From Candidatus Omnitrophota bacterium (GTDB lineage: Bacteria > Omnitrophota > Gorgyraeia > JABMRN01 > RBG-13-46-9), in NCBI GenBank assembly GCA_013203315.1, contig JABMQJ010000015.1, forward strand, positions 1-61,374: 61,374 bases of DNA, read 5' to 3'. Below, one piece after another: positions 47,199 through 59,113 of this stretch; position 1 is the stretch's first letter; each line of letters opens with the position of its first letter. A model generated the notes under the pieces. That model did not search any database and was not told where the DNA came from. It saw nothing but the letters and a program-made list of their open reading frames with translations. Both the position numbers and the translations under genes were made by a program.

Positions 47199-47528
47199 GT
47201 GGCAGAGAATTTACTGAAAATAGGTACAGATAATTTTAAAACAGAAGTACTCGATTCAGATACGCCGGTTCTCGTGGATTTCTGGGCCGAATGGTGCGCG
47301 CCGTGCCGCATGATATCACCTGTCATAGACGAGCTTTCGGGAGATTATAAAGGTAAGGTCAAATTTGCGAAAGTAGACGTAGATAACAATACCGCGCTCG
47401 CTACTGATTTACAAATTTTAAGCATACCCGTCTTAATACTTTTCAAAAACGGAAAAGAAATAACAAGAATAACAGGCGCGAATCCGAAAGAATACATACA
47501 GAAAGAGATAGACAAGGCTTTAGCCTGA
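47199..47528 (+). CDS. trxA: thioredoxin
   Basis: VDFWAEWCAPC, SIP. GTG start at 47199 follows an AGGAGG RBS. Confidence 0.93.
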   Translation: MAENLLKIGTDNFKTEVLDSDTPVLVDFWAEWCAPCRMISPVIDELSGDYKGKVKFAKVDVDNNTALATDLQILSIPVLILFKNGKEITRITGANPKEYIQKEIDKALA

Positions 47529-47554
47529 TAACGAAAATCCCAAATCACAAAACA

Positions 47555-49372
47555 ATGCATATCCTCGGAATATCCGCATATTACCATGATTCTGCCGCAG
47601 CTATCATAAAGGACGGTGATATAATAGCAGCGGCGCAAGAGGAGCGTTTTACGCGGAAAAAACATGATTCAAGTTTCCCCAAAAACGCGATTAACTTCTG
47701 CTTGCATACCGCCGGAATAACGGTAAAAGACTTAAGCTACGTCGCTTTTTACGATAAACCATTTATTAAATTTGAGAGGATACTCGAGACATACCTCGCC
47801 TACGCGCCGCTCGGATTCCGGTCCTTCATGAAAGCCGTTCCTCTCTGGATTAAGAAAAAGCTTTGGATGAGAGATCTTATAGCGAAGGAACTCGGTTACG
47901 CCGGAAAAATTATTTTTCCGGAACACCACGAATCTCATGCCGCAAGCGCGTTTTTTCCGTCACCGTTTAGAACCGCAGCTATACTTACCATGGACGGTGT
48001 TGGCGAATGGACAACAGCGAGTTTCGGAGAGGGAGAAGGCAATGCAATTACGCTTAAAAGCGAAATAAAATTTCCCCATTCTCTCGGACTTTTGTATTCA
48101 GCGTTTACCTACTATACGGGATTTAGGGTAAATTCAGGGGAATACAAGCTCATGGGACTTGCGCCGTACGGTGAGCCTAAATATAAGGACCTAATTCTGA
48201 AGGAGTTAATTGATCTAAAAAGTGACGGGTCATTTAAACTCAACATGAAATATTTTAATTATTGCGCCGGACTTACAATGACCAGTAAGAAATTTCACGA
48301 GCTTTTCGGGGGAGAGCCAAGGAAGCCCGAATCACGCCTTACGCAGCGCGACATGGATCTTGCGCGCTCAATCCAGGCGGTTACCGAAGATGTAATGATT
48401 AGAATGGCAAGGCATGTCCGTGAGGCTACCGGTAAGGAGAATCTTGTGTTAGCAGGCGGCGTTGCGCTAAATTGTGTAGGAAACGGAAGGATCTTGTGCG
48501 AGACGCCCTTTAAAAATGTGTGGATTCAACCGGCCGCGGGCGATGCTGGTGGGGCCCTGGGCGCTGCGCTTCTTACGTGGTATCAATACCTGGGAAACGA
48601 ACGCATAGCAGACGACAAAAATGATTTCCAGAAAGGCTCATACCTTGGTCCGGAATACAAAAATGATGAAATAATAAAATTTCTTAAAAGTAAAAACGTC
48701 CCCTATACAGAAGTTAAGGATGAAGAAATCCCGGAGCGCATCGCGGATTTAATTAAAAATGAAAAAGTTATAGGCTGGTTCCAGGGTAGGATGGAATTCG
48801 GGCCCCGCGCGCTTGGCGCGAGAAGTATAATAGGAGACGCCAGAAGCCCTAAAATGCAGGAAACCATGAATCTCAAGATAAAATTCCGGGAATCATTCAG
48901 GCCCTTTGCGCCCTCTGTCTTAAAGGAAAAATCTCAGGAGTATTTTGAATTAAAAGGAGAAAGCCCGTACATGTTGCTTGTTGCGCCGGTTTGCCGTGAA
49001 AAAAGGCGCGAGATAAATACGGACGAAAATAAGCTTTTTGGGCTTGCAAAACTAAATATTAAGCGCTCTTTTATCCCCGCGGTTACGCACGTAGATTATT
49101 CCGCGAGGGTGCAGACAGTGGACGGCGTCTACAATAAACACTTTTACGATATGATGAAAAAATTTGACGAAAAATACAACTGCCCTATTATTATTAACAC
49201 CTCTTTCAATGTGAGGGGTGAGCCCATTGTTGCCACGCCAACTGATGCGTACCTTTGTTTCATGAGAACAAATATGGATTATCTGATTATGGGTAACGCC
49301 CTCCTTGAAAAAAAATCCCAGAAGCCGCTCGATAAAGATATCGATTGGCTGCGGGAATACGAGTTGGATTAA
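47555..49372 (+). CDS. NodU/SxtI-like carbamoyltransferase
   Basis: AQEERFTRKKHD, EHHESH, GFRVNSGEYKLMGLAPYG, GPRALGARS, FRESFRPFAP, NTSFNVRGEP. Confidence 0.95.
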   Translation: MHILGISAYYHDSAAAIIKDGDIIAAAQEERFTRKKHDSSFPKNAINFCLHTAGITVKDLSYVAFYDKPFIKFERILETYLAYAPLGFRSFMKAVPLWIKKKLWMRDLIAKELGYAGKIIFPEHHESHAASAFFPSPFRTAAILTMDGVGEWTTASFGEGEGNAITLKSEIKFPHSLGLLYSAFTYYTGFRVNSGEYKLMGLAPYGEPKYKDLILKELIDLKSDGSFKLNMKYFNYCAGLTMTSKKFHELFGGEPRKPESRLTQRDMDLARSIQAVTEDVMIRMARHVREATGKENLVLAGGVALNCVGNGRILCETPFKNVWIQPAAGDAGGALGAALLTWYQYLGNERIADDKNDFQKGSYLGPEYKNDEIIKFLKSKNVPYTEVKDEEIPERIADLIKNEKVIGWFQGRMEFGPRALGARSIIGDARSPKMQETMNLKIKFRESFRPFAPSVLKEKSQEYFELKGESPYMLLVAPVCREKRREINTDENKLFGLAKLNIKRSFIPAVTHVDYSARVQTVDGVYNKHFYDMMKKFDEKYNCPIIINTSFNVRGEPIVATPTDAYLCFMRTNMDYLIMGNALLEKKSQKPLDKDIDWLREYELD

Positions 49373-49376
49373 GTAC

Positions 49377-49790
49377 ATGTTTGAAGAAATTAAAGACATA
49401 AAAAGCACGCGAAAAGAACTTCGAGAGTTTGGCTTGACGATCGGGGTAATTCTTGTTATTCTAGGGGCGGTAACGCTCTGGCGCGGCAAGCCAACCTATC
49501 CTTATTTTCTGGGAGTAGGCGCGTTATTTATAGCCCTGGGCTTAACGCTGCCGGGCATTCTAAAGCCGCTTCAAAAAGTATGGATGAGTTTCGCCGTAAT
49601 TATGGGCTTTTTCGTAAGCCGCATTATTCTTACGATTCTTTTTTATGTTGTTGTGACACCCATAGCGATAATCGTGCGTATTCTCGGGAAGGACATACTG
49701 GACCAGCGGATAGATAAGAATCGCAAGACCTACTGGCAGAAAAGAAGCCCCGAAGTAAAAGATAAAACCAGCTACGAAAACCAATATTGA
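49377..49790 (+). CDS. SxtJ-family membrane protein
   Basis: LREFG, PL…WM…G…SRIIL…FY…TP…GKD.L…TYW…NQY; directly after the carbamoyltransferase. Confidence 0.85.
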   Translation: MFEEIKDIKSTRKELREFGLTIGVILVILGAVTLWRGKPTYPYFLGVGALFIALGLTLPGILKPLQKVWMSFAVIMGFFVSRIILTILFYVVVTPIAIIVRILGKDILDQRIDKNRKTYWQKRSPEVKDKTSYENQY

Positions 49791-49799
49791 GGAGCAAAA

Positions 49800-49958
49800 A
49801 TGAGCAAAATTTCATTTTTTAAAGAATTATGGGGATTTTTAATAACGCGGAAGAAGTGGTGGCTCATGCCGATTATTGTTATCCTCCTTCTTCTGGGCCT
49901 TCTCATAATATTTACCGAGAGTTCAGCCGTTGCGCCGTTTATCTACACGTTGTTTTAA
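49800..49958 (+). CDS. SxtK-like (DUF5989) small membrane protein, 52 aa
   Basis: MSKISFFKELWGFLITRKKWWLMPIIVILLLLGLLIIFTESSAVAPFIYTLF; GAGGAG RBS; below the ORF-track size cutoff. Confidence 0.88.
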   Translation: MSKISFFKELWGFLITRKKWWLMPIIVILLLLGLLIIFTESSAVAPFIYTLF

Positions 49959-49973
49959 AGGGTGGGGACCATC

Positions 49974-52115
<2,142 letters not shown>

Positions 52116-52140
52116 CTTTAAAAAGCGCCAACTTGAAAAT

Positions 52141-52174
52141 AAAAAAGGTTTTCTTTAATAAGAAAACCTTTTTT
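52141..52174. terminator. bidirectional intrinsic terminator
   Basis: AAAAAAGGTTTTCTT-TAAT-AAGAAAACCTTTTTT between the convergent ftsB and tRNA genes. Confidence 0.8.
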
Positions 52175-52178
52175 TAAT

Positions 52179-52255
52179 TGGTAGCGGGGGTCCGATTCGA
52201 ACGGACGACCTCAAGGTTATGAGCCTTGCGAGCTACCAGGCTGCTCCACCCCGCA
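52179..52255 (-). tRNA. tRNA-Met(CAT), initiator type
   Basis: TGCGGGGTGGAGCAGCCTGGTAGCTCGCAAGG-CTCATAA-CCTTG…CCCCGCT-A-CCA; 77 nt, 1:72 mismatch, fMet-type D arm. Confidence 0.93.
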
Positions 52256-52271
52256 ATATTTACGTCCGGCC

Positions 52272-52299
52272 ATTATAACAGATTTCAGGATAAAGTCAA
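52272..52299 (-). promoter_or_regulatory. promoter of the initiator tRNA
   Basis: Minus strand TTGACT-16 bp-TATAAT with extended TG. Confidence 0.7.
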
Positions 52300-52429
52300 T
52301 GTATTTCGAGTATTCCATTTTCGGTATCCCCAATGTTAAATATGAAAAAGGTAGATTTGATTTTACAATTCTGTGGCCCAGCCCCTCTTGAATTATGGTA
52401 TTATATATGCAACGAGGAGGTGGAAAGAG

Positions 52430-52600
52430 TTGAGTAGAATCAAAAAAGAAAGAGCAAATATATCAGACACCAAAGATCTATTTTCATTCTTTGAAGGATA
52501 TCTCAAGGAAACAATCGAGGAAGACCTTCGTCACATATATAAGGACGAAGCGCGTCTTATAAGTTCGGAAGAACCCTGGATTTTTCAGTTGGAAAAATAA
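52430..52600 (+). CDS. small hypothetical protein (56 aa)
   Basis: TTG start after a strong GAGGAGGT RBS, upstream TGgTATTAT; MSRIKKERANISDTKDLFSFFEGYLKETIEEDLRH…. Confidence 0.5.
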   Translation: MSRIKKERANISDTKDLFSFFEGYLKETIEEDLRHIYKDEARLISSEEPWIFQLEK

Positions 52601-52684
52601 GTATCTTCCTTCCGCCCGCTAGATAATCCAATTTGAATATGCGCATTCTTGTGTGTGCAAACACGCCCGTCCTTAGCATAATCG

Positions 52685-52713
52685 TTGACAATAAATACTA
52701 TATATGGTATAAA
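52685..52713 (+). promoter_or_regulatory. promoter of the pur operon
   Basis: TTGACA-17 bp-TATAAA with extended TG. Confidence 0.7.
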
Positions 52714-52742
52714 ATTATGTCTAATGTAACGTACGGAGCAAC

Positions 52743-54035
52743 ATGATAGAACGATACACCCTTCAAAAGATGGCCCGCGTGTGGTCAGAAGATAACAAGT
52801 TCGAGAAGATGCTCAAGATTGAAATCCTGAGCTGCGAGGCCCTCGCCAAACTCAAAATCATACCAAAAGAAGATCTTTTCCGTATTAAGAAAAAAGCCAG
52901 ATTCGATATCGCCAGCATAAAAAAGATCGAAGAAAAAACAAACCACGATATCGTAAGTTTTGTCATGAATCTCTCCGAATACATAGGCGATTCCGCCAAA
53001 TACGTGCACTTCGGTCTTACCTCAAGCGATGTTGTAGATACGACGCTATCCTGCATGATGACTGAGGCAATGGACATTTTAATTAATGATACCAAAGCGC
53101 TCCTTCAAGCATTCCGGATCAAAGCCAAAAAATATAAAAATACAATAATGATAGGACGCTCTCACGGTGTTCACGCAGAGCCCATTACATTCGGCCTCAA
53201 GTGCGCCCTTTTTTACGAAGAAACAAAAAGAAATCTCGAGAGGCTCCGAAAGGCGCGCGAAACAATAGCGCACGGGAAGATCTCAGGTTCCGTGGGCACG
53301 CACGCTAATATCGACCCTTTTGTAGAAGAATATGTTTGCAAAAAACTTGGCCTGAAACCCGCAAAGGTTTCTTCCCAGATTCTGCAGCGCGACAGGCACG
53401 CGGAGTACTTAAACGCCATAGCAATTACAGGAACTTCTCTTGAAAAATTCTCAACAGAATTTCGGGCACTTCAAAGAACGGAAATAGGCGAGGTTGAGGA
53501 ATATTTTTCTCCGACACAAAAGGGCTCTTCCAGTATGCCGCACAAGAAAAACCCGATAATGTTTGAACGCATATGCGGCCTGGCCAGGATTTTAAGAGGG
53601 AACGCTATGGCAAGCATGGAAAATATGCCGCTCTGGCACGAGAGAGATATTTCTCATTCTTCGGTCGAAAGGGTAATAGTGCCTGACTCTACGATTCTTC
53701 TGGATTACATGCTTACGAAAATAACAAACCTCGTAAATAAACTCACGGTAAACGAGGAGAGAATGACCGAAAACCTCGGTAAATCCAAAGGGATTATATT
53801 TTCGCAACGCGTGCTTCTTGAACTTATACAAAGGGGATTAACCCGCCTGGAGGCATACGATATAGTCCAGGATGCCTCTCTTAACATGAGAACCGAAGAC
53901 ATAGGATTCGAAGAAGCGCTGAAAAAAAATAAAAAGGTAAGAAACGTAATGGGGCCCGCTGCCATCGAAAAGTGTTTTGATCTGGCCTACCACACGAAAT
54001 TTGTGGACAAAATTTTTAAGAAAGTAGGTATATAA
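52743..54035 (+). CDS. purB: adenylosuccinate lyase
   Basis: MIERY, HFGLTSSD, GRSHGVHAEP, GSSSMPHKKNP, WHERDISHSS. Confidence 0.97.
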   Translation: MIERYTLQKMARVWSEDNKFEKMLKIEILSCEALAKLKIIPKEDLFRIKKKARFDIASIKKIEEKTNHDIVSFVMNLSEYIGDSAKYVHFGLTSSDVVDTTLSCMMTEAMDILINDTKALLQAFRIKAKKYKNTIMIGRSHGVHAEPITFGLKCALFYEETKRNLERLRKARETIAHGKISGSVGTHANIDPFVEEYVCKKLGLKPAKVSSQILQRDRHAEYLNAIAITGTSLEKFSTEFRALQRTEIGEVEEYFSPTQKGSSSMPHKKNPIMFERICGLARILRGNAMASMENMPLWHERDISHSSVERVIVPDSTILLDYMLTKITNLVNKLTVNEERMTENLGKSKGIIFSQRVLLELIQRGLTRLEAYDIVQDASLNMRTEDIGFEEALKKNKKVRNVMGPAAIEKCFDLAYHTKFVDKIFKKVGI

Positions 54036-54049
54036 TAATGAGGAGTGTT

Positions 54050-54754
54050 ATGGAAAAACGCAAACAAGTATACGAAGGAAAAGCAAAAAAAGTTTACAAA
54101 ACAGACGACCAAGATCTTTTTATCCAGGAATTTAAAGACGACGCGACCGCTTTTGATGCCACTAAGCGCGGGACCATTGTAAACAAAGGCGTTGTCAACA
54201 ATAGAATCTCAGAAATATTGTTTGAGCTTCTGGAATCAAAAGGCATCGAAACGCATTTTGTGAAAAAATTAGACGAACGTCAGATGCTTATAAAACGCGT
54301 TGAGATTATTCCGCTTGAGGTTACCATACGGAACATCGTAGCCGGGGGAATGGCCAAGCTTCTGGCAATGCCCGAAGGCATCGTTCTCGAGGAGCCGGTT
54401 TTGGAATATCACTACAAAAAAGACGAGCTTCATGACCCGCTTATAAATGAATACCACGCAAAGGCCATGAAAATTGTTACAGACGAAGAGCTGGACTTTA
54501 TCGCAAAAAGGTCTTTTGAAATTAACAACATCCTGAAGGCATTTTTCGACCACAAAAATTTGGACCTTGTTGACTTCAAACTTGAATTCGGAAGGCATAA
54601 GGGAAAGGTTCTTCTTGCCGACGAAATTTCACCCGATACGTGCAGGTTCTGGGACAAAAAGACAAAGAAAAAACTCGATAAGGATAGGTTTAGAAGGGAC
54701 CTCGGAGGCGTAGAAGACGCCTACCAGGAAGTATTGAAGAGAATAACAGGATAA
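54050..54754 (+). CDS. purC: SAICAR synthetase
   Basis: YEGKAK, FKDDATAF, DFKLEFG, ADEISPDTCRFWD, DKDRFR. ATG 54050 has an AGGAG RBS (alternative start 54038). Confidence 0.97.
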   Translation: MEKRKQVYEGKAKKVYKTDDQDLFIQEFKDDATAFDATKRGTIVNKGVVNNRISEILFELLESKGIETHFVKKLDERQMLIKRVEIIPLEVTIRNIVAGGMAKLLAMPEGIVLEEPVLEYHYKKDELHDPLINEYHAKAMKIVTDEELDFIAKRSFEINNILKAFFDHKNLDLVDFKLEFGRHKGKVLLADEISPDTCRFWDKKTKKKLDKDRFRRDLGGVEDAYQEVLKRITG

Positions 54755-54776
54755 ATAAGAGTTTTCAACTTAAGAA

Positions 54777-55781
54777 ATGAAGAAACTTTCCTATAAGAAA
54801 TCCGGCGTTGATATAAACAAAGCCAATCTTTTCATAAGCAAAATAAAACCCCTCATAAAAACTACAAAAAATCGCGGCTGGGTTTCGAACATAGGCGCCT
54901 TTTCAGGGCTTTTTAAACCCGACATGTCCAAATACAAAAATCCGTTCATTGTTGCCGCAACAGACGGCGTTGGCAGTAAGCTCATGATAGCAAAATGGGC
55001 CGGGAAACACGACACCATAGGCATTGACCTTGTGGCCATGTGCGTAAACGATATTATTGCCTGCGGTGCGGAGCCGCTATTTTTCCTGGACTATTTTGCA
55101 ACCGGAAAACTAATGCCCCGCGTTTCTTACGAAATGATGAAGGGCATCGTTCGGGGCTGCAGGATGGCCGGCTCTGCTTTAATAGGCGGCGAAACAGCGG
55201 AACTACCGGGCATGTATAAACCCGGCGATTATGATTTAGCCGGATTTTCGGTAGGAATCGTAGATAAGAAAAATATTATAGATGGTTCGAAAATAGAAAA
55301 AGGAGACCTTATTCTGGGGATTGCTTCCACGGGGCTTCACTCCAACGGCTATTCCCTGGTAAGAAAGGTGTTTTCCAAAAAAGTACTTTCAGCAAAACTG
55401 GCAAAAGAAATACTAAAGCCCACGGCGATATATGTAAAGCCAATCCTTGAGCTTACAAAACGATTTAACGTAAAAGGCATAGCGCATATCACCGGAGGCG
55501 GGTTTCGCGATAACATCGTGAGGCTCTTACCTAAGAGAGCGAGCGCTATAATATTCCGGGATACGTGGCCTATTTTGCCCATCTTTAAATTAATTCAAAA
55601 AAAAGGACGCGTGGAGGACGACGAAATGTTTCGAACTTTCAACATGGGAATAGGCATGACAGTTATTCTTCCGAGAGGTGAAATTCTAAAAGCCAGAGAC
55701 AGTCTCTTAAAAAAATACAAACTAAAAAGCTGGGTGATCGGAGAGATTATTCAGGGCAAAAAAAGAGTCGAGATAATATGA
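54777..55781 (+). CDS. purM: AIR synthase
   Basis: Y..SGVD, TDGVGSK, GGETAELPG, GLHSNGYSL, HITGGG, RTFNMGIG. Confidence 0.97.
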   Translation: MKKLSYKKSGVDINKANLFISKIKPLIKTTKNRGWVSNIGAFSGLFKPDMSKYKNPFIVAATDGVGSKLMIAKWAGKHDTIGIDLVAMCVNDIIACGAEPLFFLDYFATGKLMPRVSYEMMKGIVRGCRMAGSALIGGETAELPGMYKPGDYDLAGFSVGIVDKKNIIDGSKIEKGDLILGIASTGLHSNGYSLVRKVFSKKVLSAKLAKEILKPTAIYVKPILELTKRFNVKGIAHITGGGFRDNIVRLLPKRASAIIFRDTWPILPIFKLIQKKGRVEDDEMFRTFNMGIGMTVILPRGEILKARDSLLKKYKLKSWVIGEIIQGKKRVEII

Positions 55782-57061
55782 AGGTGCTTGTTATAGGCCA
55801 GGGCGGAAGAGAACACGCGCTTTTGTGGAAGCTCAAACAGTCGAAAGACATAAAAGAACTTTTCTCGGCCCCGGGAAACGGCGGAACAGCCGAAATCGCC
55901 GAAAATGTCGATATAAAAGCAAACGATCTAGAGGGCTTGAGCAAATTTTGCGAAGATAAAAAAATAGATTTTACAATCGTCGGACCGGAGGCGCCGCTTG
56001 CAGAGGGCATAGTCGATTTATTTAACAAAAAAGGCCTTAAGATATTCGGACCCACAAAAGCCTCGGCGCAACTTGAAGCGAGCAAGGTTTTCACGAAGGA
56101 ACTTTGCGAAAGCGAAAAAATACCGACAGCATGGTTTAAAACTTTCAATGATGCCCAAAAAGCCAAAGATTTTGTAAAGTCAAAAGGGGCACCAATTGTC
56201 ATAAAAAAAGACGGATTAGCAGAAGGTAAGGGCGTAATTGTAGCAAATACCGAAGCCGAGGCAATAGACGCCATAGACAAGATAGTCGTGGAAAAAGCAT
56301 TCGGCGCATCTGGCAACAAGGTGATAGTAGAAGAGTGCCTGGAGGGTGAAGAGGCCTCTGTTATTGTTTTATCCGACGGCGAAAACATCGTTCCCCTTGC
56401 CTCAAGCCAAGACCACAAAAGGGTATTTGACCAAGATAAGGGCGCTAATACCGGCGGCATGGGCGCTTATTCCCCGGCACCCGTAGTAACCGACGATATT
56501 TTTAACGAAACAATTTCAAAAATAATTAAACCGACAATTGCCGGCATGAAAAAAAGAAACACCCCTCACAAGGGTGTTTTGTACGCCGGAATAATGATTA
56601 CCGAAGACGGCCCTAAGCTCCTGGAATATAACGTGAGATTCGGCGATCCCGAGACCCAGGCTATTTTGCCGAGGCTGGATTCAGATCTTTTAGAATTGAT
56701 CGAGCGGGCTATGAGCGGTTCTCTCGCGGACTTTAAACTAAAATGGCGCAAAAAAAGTTGCGCATGCATTGTTATGGCCTCGGGCGGCTATCCCGGTAGA
56801 TATGAAAAAGGAAAAGAGATTACAGGCATCGAAAAAGCGCGTGAGCTACAAGACGTTTTGGTTTTTCATGCCGGCACAAAACTTGAGAAGACGAACAAGA
56901 TTCTTACAAGCGGTGGACGCGTCCTAAACGTAGTTGCGCTTGGCGACAATATTGAAAAAGCAATAAGCACCGCATACAAAGCCTGTGATAAAATAAAATT
57001 CGATAACGCGCATTTCAGAAAAGACATAGGCTTTCGCGCGATGAAGCAGGAAGTTTTATAG
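55778..57061 (+). CDS. purD: phosphoribosylamine-glycine ligase
   Basis: [38 protein letters not shown]. Confidence 0.97.
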   Translation: MKVLVIGQGGREHALLWKLKQSKDIKELFSAPGNGGTAEIAENVDIKANDLEGLSKFCEDKKIDFTIVGPEAPLAEGIVDLFNKKGLKIFGPTKASAQLEASKVFTKELCESEKIPTAWFKTFNDAQKAKDFVKSKGAPIVIKKDGLAEGKGVIVANTEAEAIDAIDKIVVEKAFGASGNKVIVEECLEGEEASVIVLSDGENIVPLASSQDHKRVFDQDKGANTGGMGAYSPAPVVTDDIFNETISKIIKPTIAGMKKRNTPHKGVLYAGIMITEDGPKLLEYNVRFGDPETQAILPRLDSDLLELIERAMSGSLADFKLKWRKKSCACIVMASGGYPGRYEKGKEITGIEKARELQDVLVFHAGTKLEKTNKILTSGGRVLNVVALGDNIEKAISTAYKACDKIKFDNAHFRKDIGFRAMKQEVL

Positions 57062-57072
57062 AAGGAGATATC

Positions 57073-57564
57073 ATGGCAAGAAAACCGCAAGTTTCAGTTA
57101 TAATGGGAAGCGATTCGGATTTAGGCGTAATGAAAGAAACAATGCATGTTCTGCAAAAATTCAAGATTCCTTATGAAGTAAAAATTCTATCCGCGCATAG
57201 GTCACCTGACATGACCTCTGTTTTCTCTAAGCAGGCGGAAAAAAGAGGCATAAAGATTATAATCGCAGGCGCCGGGGGTGCGGCGCATCTTGCAGGTGTT
57301 GTCGCAAGCCATACGACTCTTCCGGTAATAGGCGTTCCCATGGATACAAAGGCCCTAAAGGGGATCGATTCACTATTGTCTACTGTTCAGATGCCGGGAG
57401 GCATTCCCGTAGCGACTGTTGCCATAGGAAACGCTGGCGCCAAAAATGCCGCGATCTTAGCTGCTGAAATCCTGGGTTTAGGTGACCGTGTGATGCGCAA
57501 GAGACTAAAGTTACTGAAAAGAGAGCTTGTCGTTGCCGTCAAAAAGAAAAATAAAAAACTATGA
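57073..57564 (+). CDS. purE: N5-CAIR mutase
   Basis: [34 protein letters not shown]. Confidence 0.97.
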   Translation: MARKPQVSVIMGSDSDLGVMKETMHVLQKFKIPYEVKILSAHRSPDMTSVFSKQAEKRGIKIIIAGAGGAAHLAGVVASHTTLPVIGVPMDTKALKGIDSLLSTVQMPGGIPVATVAIGNAGAKNAAILAAEILGLGDRVMRKRLKLLKRELVVAVKKKNKKL

Positions 57565-58184
57565 TGACCACAGAAACAAAGGTAATAAAAGTAGATCCGA
57601 TTTCACCCGACGAAAAAACAATCGAATTTGCAGCCACGCTTTTGCGTGACGGAGGGCTTGTTGCCTTTCCTACTGAAACAGTATACGGCATAGGCGCTAA
57701 TTTCCTTAACGAAAGCACGATAAAAAGATTGTATGAAATCAAAAAAAGGCCCGGGAATAAGCCCTTTACAATTCATATATCAAGCGTTGATATGATTAGG
57801 GACATGGGTTGCGAGATTACGCCTCTGGCAGAAGAGTTTATAAAAACATTTTGGCCCGGACCCCTTACGCTGGTTTTAAAATCGAAAAGCGGTAAACTCG
57901 GATTTCGTATGCCAAAAAACAATATCGCCAAAGACCTTATATCTAAAAGCGGTGTACCTATTGTTGCGCCAAGCGCTAATATATCGGGGGAAAAGCCGCC
58001 GGTGGAGGCAGGCGAAATTTTAAAAACACTAAACGGAAAAATAGATTTAGTTTTAGATAGCGGAAAAACGGAATTCGGAAAAGAATCAACAGTTGTTGAC
58101 ATTGCCGGAAATACTTATAAAATATTACGAAAGGGATCGATTTCGGCAAACGAAATAACCAAAACCGCAAACAAAGTAGAATAA
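57561..58184 (+). CDS. tsaC: threonylcarbamoyl-AMP synthase (Sua5/YrdC)
   Basis: [34 protein letters not shown]. Confidence 0.93.
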   Translation: MMTTETKVIKVDPISPDEKTIEFAATLLRDGGLVAFPTETVYGIGANFLNESTIKRLYEIKKRPGNKPFTIHISSVDMIRDMGCEITPLAEEFIKTFWPGPLTLVLKSKSGKLGFRMPKNNIAKDLISKSGVPIVAPSANISGEKPPVEAGEILKTLNGKIDLVLDSGKTEFGKESTVVDIAGNTYKILRKGSISANEITKTANKVE

Positions 58185-58208
58185 GGCAAAAGGGGTGATG
58201 CCCGGACG

Positions 58209-58679
58209 ATGAAAAACATAAAGAAAATCTTAATGGTCTGCACAGGCAATAGTTGCAGGAGTATAATGGCTGAGGGGTATCTAGCTAAAAGATTAAAAGA
58301 GATAGGCGAAAAAGACATAGTAGTTCATTCGGCAGGGACGCATACAGTCGTTGGTTTTAAACCAACGAATGAGACGATTGAAGTTATGAAGGAGCATGGC
58401 GTGGACGTATCGGAATACATGTCTTCGCCCTTGAACAAAATACATATAGACACTGCGGACATAATACTGGTTATGGAACCGCACCATAAAGAGAAAGTTT
58501 TGAACCTGGCCCCTGATGTAGAAGAGAAGATAAAATACTTAAGAGAATTTTCGTCAGAAAATAGCATTGAAAAATGCAGGATAAACGATCCTATCGGACA
58601 ACCTATTAAATTTTATAAACAAGTTTTTGCAATTATAGAAGATTCCATCGAAGGATTTTTAAAATGGCTAAAAGAATAA
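58209..58679 (+). CDS. low-molecular-weight protein Tyr/Arg phosphatase (YwlE-like)
   Basis: VCTGNSCRS P-loop, SAG, INDPIG. Confidence 0.88.
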   Translation: MKNIKKILMVCTGNSCRSIMAEGYLAKRLKEIGEKDIVVHSAGTHTVVGFKPTNETIEVMKEHGVDVSEYMSSPLNKIHIDTADIILVMEPHHKEKVLNLAPDVEEKIKYLREFSSENSIEKCRINDPIGQPIKFYKQVFAIIEDSIEGFLKWLKE

Positions 58680-59113
58680 CAATCGGATCTGACCACGGCG
58701 GATTTAAGTTAAAAGAACTTCTTAAGAAGTTCTTAACAAAAAAAGGCTATATGGTGAAAGATTTAGGGACACACACAGATGCGCCGTGCGATTACCCGAT
58801 CGTGGGCTACAAAGTAGCAAAGAGCGTCTCAGCCGGCACCTTCAAAAGAGGAATCCTTATATGCAAGACCGGTATCGGCATGGCTATCATAGCGAATAAA
58901 TTGCCCGGTGTGCGTTCAGCCGTTTGCAACAATATTGCCCAGGCAAAAACATCAAGACTTCACAATGATACAAACGTTCTTAGCCTCGCTGCGAAATTCG
59001 TAAATTCTAATAAGGCAAAAAAAATAGTTAACACATGGCTTGCAACCGAAGCCGAGGGCCACCGGCACAAAAGACGCGTGAATCAAATCAATCAATTGGA
59101 GAAAAAACGATGA
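58664..59113 (+). CDS. rpiB: ribose-5-phosphate isomerase B
   Basis: [36 protein letters not shown]. Confidence 0.95.
   Translation: MAKRITIGSDHGGFKLKELLKKFLTKKGYMVKDLGTHTDAPCDYPIVGYKVAKSVSAGTFKRGILICKTGIGMAIIANKLPGVRSAVCNNIAQAKTSRLHNDTNVLSLAAKFVNSNKAKKIVNTWLATEAEGHRHKRRVNQINQLEKKR

Noticed and set aside
47555-49958. Saxitoxin biosynthesis cluster
   Set aside because: Only I/J/K-like genes are present; no sxtA PKS-like, sxtG amidinotransferase or other core genes.
52601-52742. Purine or ZMP/ZTP riboswitch upstream of purB
   Set aside because: No recognisable aptamer consensus; the predicted promoter leaves only a ~20-nt leader.
55747-56460. 237-aa minus-strand ORF (and similar short antisense ORFs, e.g. 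43783..44316, 42335..42811, 13931..14392)
   Set aside because: Antisense shadows of conserved genes (purD, rnfD, rnfC, ABC transporter).
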